From: Nitrosopumilus sp.
GTDB taxonomy: Archaea > Thermoproteota > Nitrososphaeria > Nitrososphaerales > Nitrosopumilaceae
DNA length: 64,000 nucleotides
Assembly (NCBI GenBank): GCA_965207445.1
Contig: CBDBLX010000002.1
Coordinates: forward strand, 1-64,000
Direction: 5' to 3'
Below are positions 1 to 9,627 of this stretch, piece after piece (within the stretch, counting starts at the first letter, position 1; each line of letters begins with the position of its first letter). The notes under the pieces are model-generated. The model was given only the letters and a program-made list of their open reading frames with translations. It searched no databases and had not been told where the DNA came from. The position numbers and the translations under genes were made by a program.

Positions 1-474
1 ATTATACGCAACATACTACAGTATAAATCACAATTACATAGCAGCAGGAGAACCAATCTAGTAGCATCAATATCACAACTTGCAAGTAAAATAAAACACA
101 AAAGTATAATATTTTTAATATCTGATTATATTATAATGGAGCCGTTTGCAGAAAAGATCAGACTGTTAAGTAGATCACATATAGTGGTAATGATACATGT
201 CACAGACAAACATGAGATTATAATGCCCGATATTGGATATGCATATTTAGAGGATATAGAGACTGGACAACAGATTCTTGTTGATACATCCAAAAAAGAA
301 TTTCAAAATGCATATATCAAGATGGCAAAAGGCATGGCAAGTGACATCAAAAGACAAGCACTAGCCGGAAATGCTACATATATGAATATAACAGATGAGG
401 AGCCATACAATATTACGTTTAATAGACATGCTAGTAAGATAAGCAGACGGCATGCAGATAAGGTAAAGGTGTAA
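1..474 (+). CDS. DUF58-family (MoxR-associated) protein, 5'-partial
   Basis: Frame is open from base 1 (IIRNILQY...IIFLISDY...); 'ISD' and 'LEDIETGQQILVDT' motifs; sits directly before a VWA gene. Confidence 0.75.
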   Translation: MIRNILQYKSQLHSSRRTNLVASISQLASKIKHKSIIFLISDYIIMEPFAEKIRLLSRSHIVVMIHVTDKHEIIMPDIGYAYLEDIETGQQILVDTSKKEFQNAYIKMAKGMASDIKRQALAGNATYMNITDEEPYNITFNRHASKISRRHADKVKV

Positions 475-478
475 GACA

Positions 479-1438
479 ATGCAGTTTGAGCAAACACAAG
501 CCTTGCTTTTGTTACTTGTAATACCTGCCATGTATGCACTGTATGCAAGGTATACATCTAAAAAAAAGGATACCATTTTGAAGTTCAGTTCACTTTACAT
601 AGTTTCAAAGGCCGTCACAGAAAAGAGTAGTTTTGCACGCAGACATTTACCATTTATACTCTTAATGATCGGAATAGGCACAACAGTACTAGCGCTAGCA
701 GATTTACAGATTCCAGATATACAAGTAAAGGCAATAGATGCCAAAGGAAGAAACATCAGTATCGTATTAGATGGTTCTGAGAGTATGGCGGCTACTGACT
801 ACAAACCAACTAGACTCGATGCGGCAAAACAATCCATCTCTAGGTTAATTCAGACATCAGATGAGCGTGACTATATAGGAGTTGTATTATTTGAGACAGG
901 TGCGACAACTGTATCATATCTCACACATGACAAACAAAAGACAACAAAAGCAGTAATGTCAATTGACCAGAGTAGTGGTGCTACAGCTATCGGAGATGGA
1001 CTGTCACTAGGAATTGATATGGTGTTATCTATTCCCGATCGAGACAAGACAATCATTCTGCTCAGTGATGGAGTGCATAACTCTGGACAGATAACACCTC
1101 AAGAAGCAATCTCATATGCACGTGCAACAAATGTCACAATACACACAGTGGCAATGGGCTCAGTTGAGCAAGTTTTTATAAAAAATGATGTTTTTGGAGA
1201 GCCACAATACGCAGAGTTAGATGAGAGTACACTGAAAAATATTGCAACCATGACAAACGGTACTTTTTCAAAAACACTTGATGAAAGCATGCTTGATGTA
1301 GTATTTGCAGACATACAGACAGAGTTAGAATATGATATACAATATCAGAGTATAAGTGAGTGGTTTGTTGTAGCATCACTTGTACTGTTAGTGGCCACTG
1401 CATATGTCATATATGGCAGATATAGAATTGTGGCTTGA
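479..1438 (+). CDS. VWA-domain membrane protein (BatA/BatB-like)
   Basis: N-terminal TM segments, MIDAS DGSESM, TAIGDGL and LLSDG motifs, C-terminal TM. Confidence 0.9.
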   Translation: MQFEQTQALLLLLVIPAMYALYARYTSKKKDTILKFSSLYIVSKAVTEKSSFARRHLPFILLMIGIGTTVLALADLQIPDIQVKAIDAKGRNISIVLDGSESMAATDYKPTRLDAAKQSISRLIQTSDERDYIGVVLFETGATTVSYLTHDKQKTTKAVMSIDQSSGATAIGDGLSLGIDMVLSIPDRDKTIILLSDGVHNSGQITPQEAISYARATNVTIHTVAMGSVEQVFIKNDVFGEPQYAELDESTLKNIATMTNGTFSKTLDESMLDVVFADIQTELEYDIQYQSISEWFVVASLVLLVATAYVIYGRYRIVA

Positions 1439-1596
1439 TTAGGATATAGTTGCAAACATCAGCAGTTACAATTGTACATTGAATCAACACTCATTGCAAA
1501 TGCAAACATACACAAGTTAGAACGTGCAAGAACTAGTATACTTGAGTATTTGTAAATATGGGCCAGTATGGACCAGGATAAATTTCACAGCAATCT

Positions 1597-2103
1597 TTAA
1601 AATCGAATTGGATTAATCATGTCTTCAAAATTAGATGCGTACTTGTCAAGTAAACTTGGTCCATGATGATCAAGTAAACGATCTATCTTTTCTCTATCAC
1701 TCAAATAATAATATTTTTTTAGTTTTGATATACGTACAGTCACCAACTCATCTTTTACAAGACGTGCAAGATAGAGAGATACCGTAGAAGGTGATCTGTC
1801 CACCTTGTCAACTAGTTGTACAAATGATAACCCATCATCATGTAAGAGTGTCAACAATAAGATCCTCGGAGTGGGCCTTCGTAGAGCCTTGATTACTATA
1901 TAATCATCCGCAGATATGCTAGCTGCATAAAATCTAGCTGTTCGAGACGAGCGCATGGCCACTACCTTGTTACCATTTTCTAGTTTTGACAAGTAATGTG
2001 ACACAACACCATTCATAAGACCAGTCTTGCGCATTATCTCTCTAAAATGAATACCGGGATTCTCTTCTACTATGCTGAGTATCGTTTCTGCACGATCAGT
2101 CAT
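1597..2103 (-). CDS. Double winged-helix transcriptional regulator
   Basis: NPGIHFREIMRKTGL...HYLSKLE and a second HTH SPSTVSLYLARL. Confidence 0.85.
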   Translation of the reverse strand: MTDRAETILSIVEENPGIHFREIMRKTGLMNGVVSHYLSKLENGNKVVAMRSSRTARFYAASISADDYIVIKALRRPTPRILLLTLLHDDGLSFVQLVDKVDRSPSTVSLYLARLVKDELVTVRISKLKKYYYLSDREKIDRLLDHHGPSLLDKYASNFEDMINPIRF

Positions 2104-2488
2104 TTCGTAACACTCCTAATGCCAATAATCCTAATGTGACAAACATCAATAAATGTCCTACCTCTGATATGTGTATGTCCTTTGAGTTTATTATTCCAGA
2201 GTTCAACGCATTAGTGAGTAAGAGTGTCTCTGTAAATACAAAATTTCCAAATGCAATAGATGTCAATAGTAGACGTCGTGAACGTATTAACCGATACGAG
2301 TGTACTGCCAATATGGTAATGAATAGAGACAATATCATCCCACCCGTATGCAAGAGAATATGTGCCATATGAAATCCATGTAGCATCTCTGGAAAGATTA
2401 CAGGTATAGATAAGGTAAGCGCAATGGCTAAAACGGCAATCAGAAATATTGTCGTCAAGTTTGTACGCAACAACAGCACATTTATCAT
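2096..2488 (-). CDS. Small 4-TM membrane protein
   Basis: Four hydrophobic segments; overlaps the start of the downstream regulator. Confidence 0.7.
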   Translation of the reverse strand: MINVLLLRTNLTTIFLIAVLAIALTLSIPVIFPEMLHGFHMAHILLHTGGMILSLFITILAVHSYRLIRSRRLLLTSIAFGNFVFTETLLLTNALNSGIINSKDIHISEVGHLLMFVTLGLLALGVLRND

Positions 2489-2619
2489 ATATTATGTGTC
2501 AGTTTTTTTCATTTAAACATCTTGGTTCAAACATATAACAACAAACGTGGATAAAGATTACGTGACAAATATAGTGTTTTATAAAAAGTACAAGGGTGTA
2601 AAACACACGTCTAAAAATA

Positions 2620-3384
2620 TCATGAGACTTGTATTATGCCCTGCGCTATCAAATATTGCAAAGCACTCACAAACGTTGCATCATCTATCAGATCCTGCGC
2701 CCACCAACCAGCAGTATTTTTTATCCAAGATGGAATCTCAGTATCCATCATATCAGTATCACTACTTTGATCTGATAGTGGAACTATGAGTATATCATTT
2801 TCTATCAAATATTGCAAAGCACTCACAAACGTTGCATCATCTATCAGATCCTGCGCCCACCAATCTGCATTGTTTTTTATCCAGTCTGGAATCATTATAT
2901 CATCAACTGCCACCATCTCACCATTATCATTATCACCACCATTATCATTATCACCACCATTATCATTATCACCACCAACAACAAGATCAAATGATACTGT
3001 CTCAGGAGGAATAGGTTGAAAGAGTATACCATCTACTACAAAGCTGATTGAATGCACACCTTCACTTTGAAACATTATTGGAATTGATATGATGCCAGGT
3101 GAGGTGTGAATTCTTGAGGTAGGGCCAAACACTTGCTCACCGTCACGTGTAATCGTAAATGCATAATCTATGTGTACTTGGGTCGACTTTGTCAAGGGGT
3201 TTAGAAACTCTACATTAATTGCAGTATTTTGATTTGGTACTATTTTATCATACTCTAGTTTAACATCAAGTGTACCTTTCTCAGTAGGTGCAATCTGAGA
3301 TTCAGCATATACATACTCTGATGCAAACACAGAGATCATAATTATTGAAAACAAAATTCCAACAGTGTAAATAGAATATTTCAT
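2620..3384 (-). CDS. Secreted protein with two thaumarchaeal IPxWIKNxAxWW C-terminal repeats
   Basis: Signal peptide from MKYSIY (ATG 3384 preferred to 3498); IPDWIKNNADWWA and IPSWIKNTAGWWA repeats; GDNDNG linker x3. Confidence 0.85.
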   Translation of the reverse strand: MKYSIYTVGILFSIIMISVFASEYVYAESQIAPTEKGTLDVKLEYDKIVPNQNTAINVEFLNPLTKSTQVHIDYAFTITRDGEQVFGPTSRIHTSPGIISIPIMFQSEGVHSISFVVDGILFQPIPPETVSFDLVVGGDNDNGGDNDNGGDNDNGEMVAVDDIMIPDWIKNNADWWAQDLIDDATFVSALQYLIENDILIVPLSDQSSDTDMMDTEIPSWIKNTAGWWAQDLIDDATFVSALQYLIAQGIIQVS

Positions 3385-3514
3385 TACAATTTTATAAAGA
3401 AATATCACAAATAAAAGATATTCCAAAAAGCCATATGTTAAACAAACTTTTATCAATTTACGAACAACAAGCATCAACAAATACTTAAAATACGTCACGA
3501 GTAGTTTATGACTT

Positions 3515-3988
3515 ATGAGTACTTCATCATCTGCGCCTACATCAAGTCATGCATACGGTATAGGGGCAATTGCACTCATAGTAGCATTGTCAGCCACAAT
3601 TGTCTTTTACACATCATTTTACCTACCCGAGTCGCTGTTAAAACCATCAGTATCAGAACATATATTGCATCCTGAAAAGACATCCATAATTGATATCGTA
3701 CCGGGCGCACTAACAGAAGGTAATGAAAATTATGTCCCAAATAATCATAAAGTATATCTGACAGTAGATAATCACGTAATATGGCAAAACAACGATGAGA
3801 CTGCGCATACCGTGACACCAGACCACAGACATGCAGACTCTTACAGTGGAGACTTTGGCTCAGAGGGGGTAATGCTTCCAGGAGAATCTTATGAGTTTAT
3901 CTTTACAGAACCACAAGTCATCACATATCACTGTATACCCCACCCATGGATGAAAGGTACTATATCTGTAGAAAAGAGCAGATTCTAA
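3515..3988 (+). CDS. Membrane-anchored blue copper (cupredoxin/plastocyanin-like) protein
   Basis: N-terminal TM, AHTVT and YHCIPHPWM type-1 Cu ligands. Confidence 0.9.
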   Translation: MSTSSSAPTSSHAYGIGAIALIVALSATIVFYTSFYLPESLLKPSVSEHILHPEKTSIIDIVPGALTEGNENYVPNNHKVYLTVDNHVIWQNNDETAHTVTPDHRHADSYSGDFGSEGVMLPGESYEFIFTEPQVITYHCIPHPWMKGTISVEKSRF

Positions 3989-4341
3989 ACACTCGTATAT
4001 TTTGCAAATATAATCTTACTATCAATCTCTTTATGTTGTTCTATTACAGATGCTCTGAACTTTACCTCGTGTTCTGATTCAGGCTCAAATGATATAGCCG
4101 CTGTAAACTCTGCAGTGTTATCTGTTATAGTATCATATCCTATGAACAGTCTTGCTACATTTTGAGAGATCGGTTTACCGTTTGAAGACTTGTACGTTAT
4201 ATGCTCATTAGAGTCTGATATTTGAGCACTGACTACAACACCATCATACTTGCCAGGGTACGATACGGTGATTGTACCCCTGATCTCTACATCAGGATGT
4301 ATAACAGTAGGAACAATCTTGAAATCTATGTCGTTGCCCAT
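3985..4341 (-). CDS. Hypothetical protein (beta-rich)
   Basis: 118-aa ORF, gene-like composition, convergent with the cupredoxin. Confidence 0.7.
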   Translation of the reverse strand: MGNDIDFKIVPTVIHPDVEIRGTITVSYPGKYDGVVVSAQISDSNEHITYKSSNGKPISQNVARLFIGYDTITDNTAEFTAAISFEPESEHEVKFRASVIEQHKEIDSKIIFAKYTSV

Positions 4342-4415
4342 AATACAAAGTACTTTGGTCCAAATAATAACCCAACAAAATTAAGCTTTAAGTGTAGGGA
4401 CACGGAAATTAATGT

Positions 4416-4829
4416 ATGTCAGAAGGCAACAAATCTACAAAAGAATGGAATATGTTATGGACAGAATACACCAAATCACTTGAGAATTGGAAGAGTATGT
4501 ACGAGCAGGCTCAAACTGCAAGTACAGACATGCAGACACGATTCAATGAGATCTGGGAAAAAGCAACAACAGATACAAGTGCAGACACCATGAAACTCTT
4601 TGCAGAGAATTGGCAAAAGGCAATGAGTGAAGCAGGCATCAAATCATTCAAAGAGTTTAGTGAAGGGTGGCAAAAAGTACTTGATGAGGCAGGCTCTGGC
4701 GGATTTGCACAGTTTGCAGAGAGTTGGCAAAAAGCGCTAGGCAGTACGGGCCTAGAGCAGATGAATGCGTATGGTGAGATGCTCAAAAAATTTGCCGATA
4801 CTTGGAGTTCAATGTGGCCAAAAAGATAA
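4416..4829 (+). CDS. Hypothetical Trp-rich amphipathic helical protein
   Basis: Repeated FxExWQKA helices. Confidence 0.75.
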   Translation: MSEGNKSTKEWNMLWTEYTKSLENWKSMYEQAQTASTDMQTRFNEIWEKATTDTSADTMKLFAENWQKAMSEAGIKSFKEFSEGWQKVLDEAGSGGFAQFAESWQKALGSTGLEQMNAYGEMLKKFADTWSSMWPKR

Positions 4830-4894
4830 ATGGTTATTTATTAAATAAAAGGCAAGCAAAGAATAAAAACATCAAATACTAGCACAAATTTGCA

Positions 4895-5587
4895 ATGAGT
4901 ACTGAGGAGATAGGGCAAAAAATATGCTATGTGGAGTTTGCAAGTATGGCAGACCTAGCAAGAATGGCATGCTCATATAGGCAATATCCAAGAAGGGTAG
5001 AGAGTTTTGATCTAAATGGTACTAGAGTGGCATCCATTGTGACTATATTTCCAAATACGCTCTTAATCATGTATTCCCCATTGGCTAAACATGATCAAGA
5101 TGGTAAATACATATCATACAAAATAGACAGCATGAAAAAAGAGTCATACAGTATCACAGATACTGCAACGAACAGATCAACTAATGCCCCCATAATACAT
5201 TACAAATCAAACATCATACAACTCACAGTGGCACGCACCAAATACGAGATTCCAGAGGCCTTTGATCCAATCGAGTTAAAAGATTTGGGTAGCTTGGCAA
5301 GATTATCATATGACGGCGCTAATCCCGAAGACCCTGAACTTACATTGTATGTGATACCCATAAATGATAACTCATGGGCAATAGGGTATTGGCTCACATA
5401 TAGTATGGACAAACCACATTATGAGTTCTATTACATCAAGCTTGATGTAGAGCCTATCATGCCTTTTCTCAGATACAAAGAGGACACGCAACAAGAACCA
5501 GAATTTACAGACAAAGTAGAGCACGGTTATGTCTACATGCCAGTTGTAAAGTTCAAAGAGTCACATCCAATGTTTGGTTTTATTTGA
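4895..5587 (+). CDS. Hypothetical protein with an internal 'DLxxLAR' duplication
   Basis: 230-aa ORF; ADLARMA and DLGSLARL segments. Confidence 0.7.
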   Translation: MSTEEIGQKICYVEFASMADLARMACSYRQYPRRVESFDLNGTRVASIVTIFPNTLLIMYSPLAKHDQDGKYISYKIDSMKKESYSITDTATNRSTNAPIIHYKSNIIQLTVARTKYEIPEAFDPIELKDLGSLARLSYDGANPEDPELTLYVIPINDNSWAIGYWLTYSMDKPHYEFYYIKLDVEPIMPFLRYKEDTQQEPEFTDKVEHGYVYMPVVKFKESHPMFGFI

Positions 5588-6449
5588 GATAATATGTGTA
5601 TTTGATCAGTTGTTTTATATATGCAGATGATTCAGAGCGCATTCTTTTGATCAGATGGGTGTATAGCTCAGCTGCATGGCCTATCTCCATTTTGATGGTG
5701 GTGCGAGGCAATACGGTCAAATCAATCAAAGCGTCATATTTGTATTGTTGGGGATAGTTAATGTGTTGATTGCCACAAATGACACTAGTATCATCAACTA
5801 TTGCAAACGCAGATGCAACTACTTGTTTGGCCGATACGACAGGCTCATTTTGCTGTTGTCTTTTGTGATTAACAAGATCCAAAAATATTGGCATGTATCT
5901 ATTCATCTGTATACGTAGTGCATCTTTTGAGTGTAATTTATCATCAGAGGTTAAACCTACTGTACTCAACTCAAATGTCGGATCATCTTTGTATCTATGT
6001 TTTGGCCTAAGCATTATCTTGACACGGGGAATTTTTCTTGTAATACGAAATACATCACGAGTAATCCTCATCATGAATGGATATGTACCAGTGTGCCATT
6101 GCCCATTATACTGCTCATCAAACCACCTTAGAAATTTAAATGCAAGTGAATTTTGATATTTGTTGTATTTTTGTACAATATGTGTTGCAAAAGAGTTGCG
6201 TGTGACTGGCTGTGGAGAGAACACTCCAAAGTCAACATCAGCACTAGCAAATATATCATTAATGACCACATCAACTGATTTGAGATATTCACTAAAACAG
6301 TATTTGACATAGTATGGATCAGGATCATGCAGTTTGATCTGTTTTGCATATTTGGTGCATTCTTGTATCAAGTCATAGTTATCAGTCAATGTACTTGGCA
6401 AGAATACATCATACATGTTATTGATTGTACCGAAGTTGACCCGTATCAA
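5580..6449 (-). CDS. Hypothetical protein
   Basis: 289-aa ORF; start uncertain. Confidence 0.65.
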   Translation of the reverse strand: MIRVNFGTINNMYDVFLPSTLTDNYDLIQECTKYAKQIKLHDPDPYYVKYCFSEYLKSVDVVINDIFASADVDFGVFSPQPVTRNSFATHIVQKYNKYQNSLAFKFLRWFDEQYNGQWHTGTYPFMMRITRDVFRITRKIPRVKIMLRPKHRYKDDPTFELSTVGLTSDDKLHSKDALRIQMNRYMPIFLDLVNHKRQQQNEPVVSAKQVVASAFAIVDDTSVICGNQHINYPQQYKYDALIDLTVLPRTTIKMEIGHAAELYTHLIKRMRSESSAYIKQLIKYTYYLK

Positions 6450-6534
6450 TGATCAATTAGAATTTGGGTTGAATATTTTGATAAAATGTCATTTATGGCA
6501 TTATAGTTTGTATATGAGTATATTAATAATATAC

Positions 6535-7032
6535 TTAAAGACCAAAAAAGCGAACCCACTGACGATTATATTCCTGTAATGCATTTGTCTGAATGTCACG
6601 TACGGCGCCTGCATAAAGTGAGGTTGAAGATATAACTGCCTTTAGGTGTTGTGTTATACTATCAGTACACGCATCTTGCCAATGTTCTTCCCAATACATA
6701 GACATGGATTTTAACAGCTCAGTATCTAATTCGAGTGTTTTGTGGCATACTTCAAACCATGAAAAAGTGTTTGACATGGAAGTATTTTGTAAATTCAAAA
6801 ATGATTTTGCCCAGTGCATATACGATGTACCATACATAATCCATGCACGCTCAAAGTCTGAACCTGGAGACAACGAGGTAGTAGGATATTCAGTAGTAGA
6901 TGTCAATTCAGATGAGGGTGATGTAGTGGGTGATGTAGTGGGTGATGTAGTGGGTGATGATGATTTTGTGCGTTTTGCATAATTATCATGTTTGGCAGAC
7001 TTGTTCTTCTTCTTCTTTTTACCTTTGCCCAT
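6535..7032 (-). CDS. Hypothetical protein (basic N-terminus, SPTT repeats, Trp-rich helical C-terminus)
   Basis: 165-aa ORF; 12-bp tandem repeat at about 6917-6958. Confidence 0.6.
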   Translation of the reverse strand: MGKGKKKKKNKSAKHDNYAKRTKSSSPTTSPTTSPTTSPSSELTSTTEYPTTSLSPGSDFERAWIMYGTSYMHWAKSFLNLQNTSMSNTFSWFEVCHKTLELDTELLKSMSMYWEEHWQDACTDSITQHLKAVISSTSLYAGAVRDIQTNALQEYNRQWVRFFGL

Positions 7033-7312
7033 TGTACATGTAAAATTGTAAGAATATTAAATATTTTCAATTTACACATGTAGAGTAAATCTCGGATTAG
7101 ATGTTTGAAAATATACTAGACCACAAAACAGTGATCAGAATATTTTTGAGAGCATGTGTGTTCTCTCAAATTGTTAGTCGATTATCTACAGTAAGTTGTT
7201 ATGATCATAAATTTTATTAATGCATTGTTTTGATTATCAACTACATCCAATCAACCATCCAATCAACCATAACCATAACAACAATTAACATAGAGTCCTA
7301 CAACATACAGTC

Positions 7313-7519
7313 ATGAGCACACCTGACGAAGAAGAAAAAGGCAGACAATTTTTAGAGTTAATCGACAAACAAAATACACTGCAACAAGCTATAGTGGCAA
7401 AGCTGACACGTTTGGTAACAGAATACAAGTGGAACTCTGAACAAATACGAGGAGAACTTTCGGACCTAGTATACGAACACTCTGAAGTTACACGCAAGAT
7501 CAACGGGCTTGAACCATAG
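7313..7519 (+). CDS. Small coiled-coil hypothetical protein
   Basis: 68-aa helical ORF filling an intergenic gap. Confidence 0.65.
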   Translation: MSTPDEEEKGRQFLELIDKQNTLQQAIVAKLTRLVTEYKWNSEQIRGELSDLVYEHSEVTRKINGLEP

Positions 7520-7532
7520 TACACAAAGATAA

Positions 7533-8465
7533 TCAGAGCGCAGAATCTACCATCAATGCAATAAACAAGACTGCCAAATAAGGACTAGAGAACTTGAAGA
7601 GTGTCCAAGATGCACGCTCCATTGGCTTTATTATCACCCATGCAGACAATAAAATCATAAGTACACCAGAAGCAATAGCAGTCCACAAGTACACAGGACC
7701 CACCATACTAGTCCCATCACTCATAACAAGAAAGAATGGCGATATCGAAAACAGTACCATAACTACAGTAGAGACTGCAATTGATCTTGCAGATGTCTTT
7801 TCAGATTGCACAGCAGTGAGCATTGGAACATTCACCCTGTTGTAATCTTCCTTAAAGTGCAAGGTAAGTGCCCAAATGTGCATTGGAATCCAGATAAAGA
7901 CCAATCCTGCCATTGCAAGCCCCATAGTCCACAAGTCTGACATCGTAACTGCTACCCAACCTATCATAGGAGGTGCTCCTCCACACAAGCCACCCAATAT
8001 GATATTAGTTCGAGAGTTTCGTTTTAGCGCGTATGAGTATATGATAACATTATTAAATAATCCAAATGCTATAAATCCAGCAGCCCATAATCCTTGCTCT
8101 AGTGTAGTGGTAAATGCAATTAAACCTGCCAACACGAGGGATATTCCCGCAAGCACAAGTCCAAAGTCGCGAGCCTTTGTTGCAGGGTATATTCTCTTTG
8201 ATGGAAGTGGTCTACTTTTTGTGCGCTCCATTATAGCATCAATATCGCGGTCATGATAGTTGGTAAGGGTATTTGCAGCAGCAGAGCCGGCCGCTACAGA
8301 AAACAGTACTAGTAGCCACGTCAAAGGCGATACTTCCACATTGTAGATGTTTGATGCAGTTAGTGTTGCCCCAAATGCGGTAAACACCAAGAGATACCAT
8401 ATTTTGGGTTTTGTGAGTTCATAGTATACTGCTATTCTTGATTGAGATTTTTCGTGTTGTTGCAT
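7533..8465 (-). CDS. cyoE: Protoheme IX farnesyltransferase (heme o synthase)
   Basis: LTKPKI, DRDIDAIMERTKSRPLP, WIPMHIWAL motifs; UbiA family. Confidence 0.95.
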   Translation of the reverse strand: MQQHEKSQSRIAVYYELTKPKIWYLLVFTAFGATLTASNIYNVEVSPLTWLLVLFSVAAGSAAANTLTNYHDRDIDAIMERTKSRPLPSKRIYPATKARDFGLVLAGISLVLAGLIAFTTTLEQGLWAAGFIAFGLFNNVIIYSYALKRNSRTNIILGGLCGGAPPMIGWVAVTMSDLWTMGLAMAGLVFIWIPMHIWALTLHFKEDYNRVNVPMLTAVQSEKTSARSIAVSTVVMVLFSISPFFLVMSDGTSMVGPVYLWTAIASGVLMILLSAWVIIKPMERASWTLFKFSSPYLAVLFIALMVDSAL

Positions 8466-8944
8466 TACGCATTATCGTCTCCATCATTTCTCATATATGG
8501 CATTGCCTTTGTACGTGACTTCATCTCTACAAATGATTCAGAGGAAAGTACACCATCTATACGGCCTATCTGCTCATAGACTACTTTGTGCATATCATCA
8601 AGTGATACAGAGTGCATTGTGATCAATATATCAAATCTACCCGTCACTTCAGATATCTCTCTGATGCCATCAATCTTGAAAAGCTCAGATATAATATGAT
8701 CATGTTTACTAGTATCTATGTTAACACCAGTCAAAGTTTTGACAGCATAACCTAATGCAGCATCATTTATTAAAACTGTATATCCCTTTATGATATTATT
8801 TTTGATTAGACGTTTTATTCTAGAATATACAACAGATGGATTAGCATCAATCTTTTCAGATAATCGTGGTACTGATATGGAAGAATCAGCAGATAGTTCA
8901 GAGAGTATAGACGAATCTAAATTGTCAATATTTTGTTTTGTCAT
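8465..8944 (-). CDS. Lrp/AsnC-family regulator
   Basis: N-terminal HTH 'VYSRIKRL...IIKGY', 'EVTGRFDI' RAM domain. Confidence 0.9.
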   Translation of the reverse strand: MTKQNIDNLDSSILSELSADSSISVPRLSEKIDANPSVVYSRIKRLIKNNIIKGYTVLINDAALGYAVKTLTGVNIDTSKHDHIISELFKIDGIREISEVTGRFDILITMHSVSLDDMHKVVYEQIGRIDGVLSSESFVEMKSRTKAMPYMRNDGDDNA

Positions 8945-9020
8945 ATGATTGGTAAAATTTGATTTATGGTTCTTATAAGTTTATTACAAAAAAAATGTAA
9001 TAAAGATAGAATTAAGAGCC

Positions 9021-9507
9021 ATATATCAAATCTACCCGTCACTTCAGTCCAATATACAGGAAACCACTCTCTGATGCCATCAATCTTGAAAAGCTCAGAT
9101 ATAATATGATCATGTTTAGAACTCAGTTCTAGTAGAATTTGGTAAAATTATAATCTATGTTAAAATTTGCACCAGTCAAAGTTTTGACAGCATAACCTAA
9201 TGCAGCATCATTTATTAAAACTGTATATCCCTTTATGATATTATTTTTGATTAGACGTTTTATTCTAGAATATACAACAGATGGATTAGCATCAATCTTT
9301 TCGATATCTCCAAAGAGTTGTTGGCACGATTGATCAATCGTGGTACTGATATGGAAGAATCAGCAGATAGTTCAGAGAGTATAGACGAATCTAAATTGTC
9401 AATATTTTGTTTTGTCATATGATTGGTAAAATTTGATTTATGGTTCTTATAAGTTTATTACAAAGCGTGCCGCAAAAATGTAATAAAGATAGAATTAAGA
9501 GCCATAT
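9021..9507 (-). pseudogene. Tandem partial copy of the Lrp/AsnC gene and its upstream region, broken by insertions
   Basis: Matches 8626-9024 apart from about six short inserted blocks; ATAT junction microhomology. Confidence 0.8.
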
Positions 9508-9627
9508 TTGTATAATTATACAAAACTAAAAAATTGCGGTGATCCTGTTTACGACTTTTTTGTTTATATCATATGTTGTCAGTTTGCGCCATAATGTACA
9601 AGAGGTCAAACTCAGTAGCACGTAACA

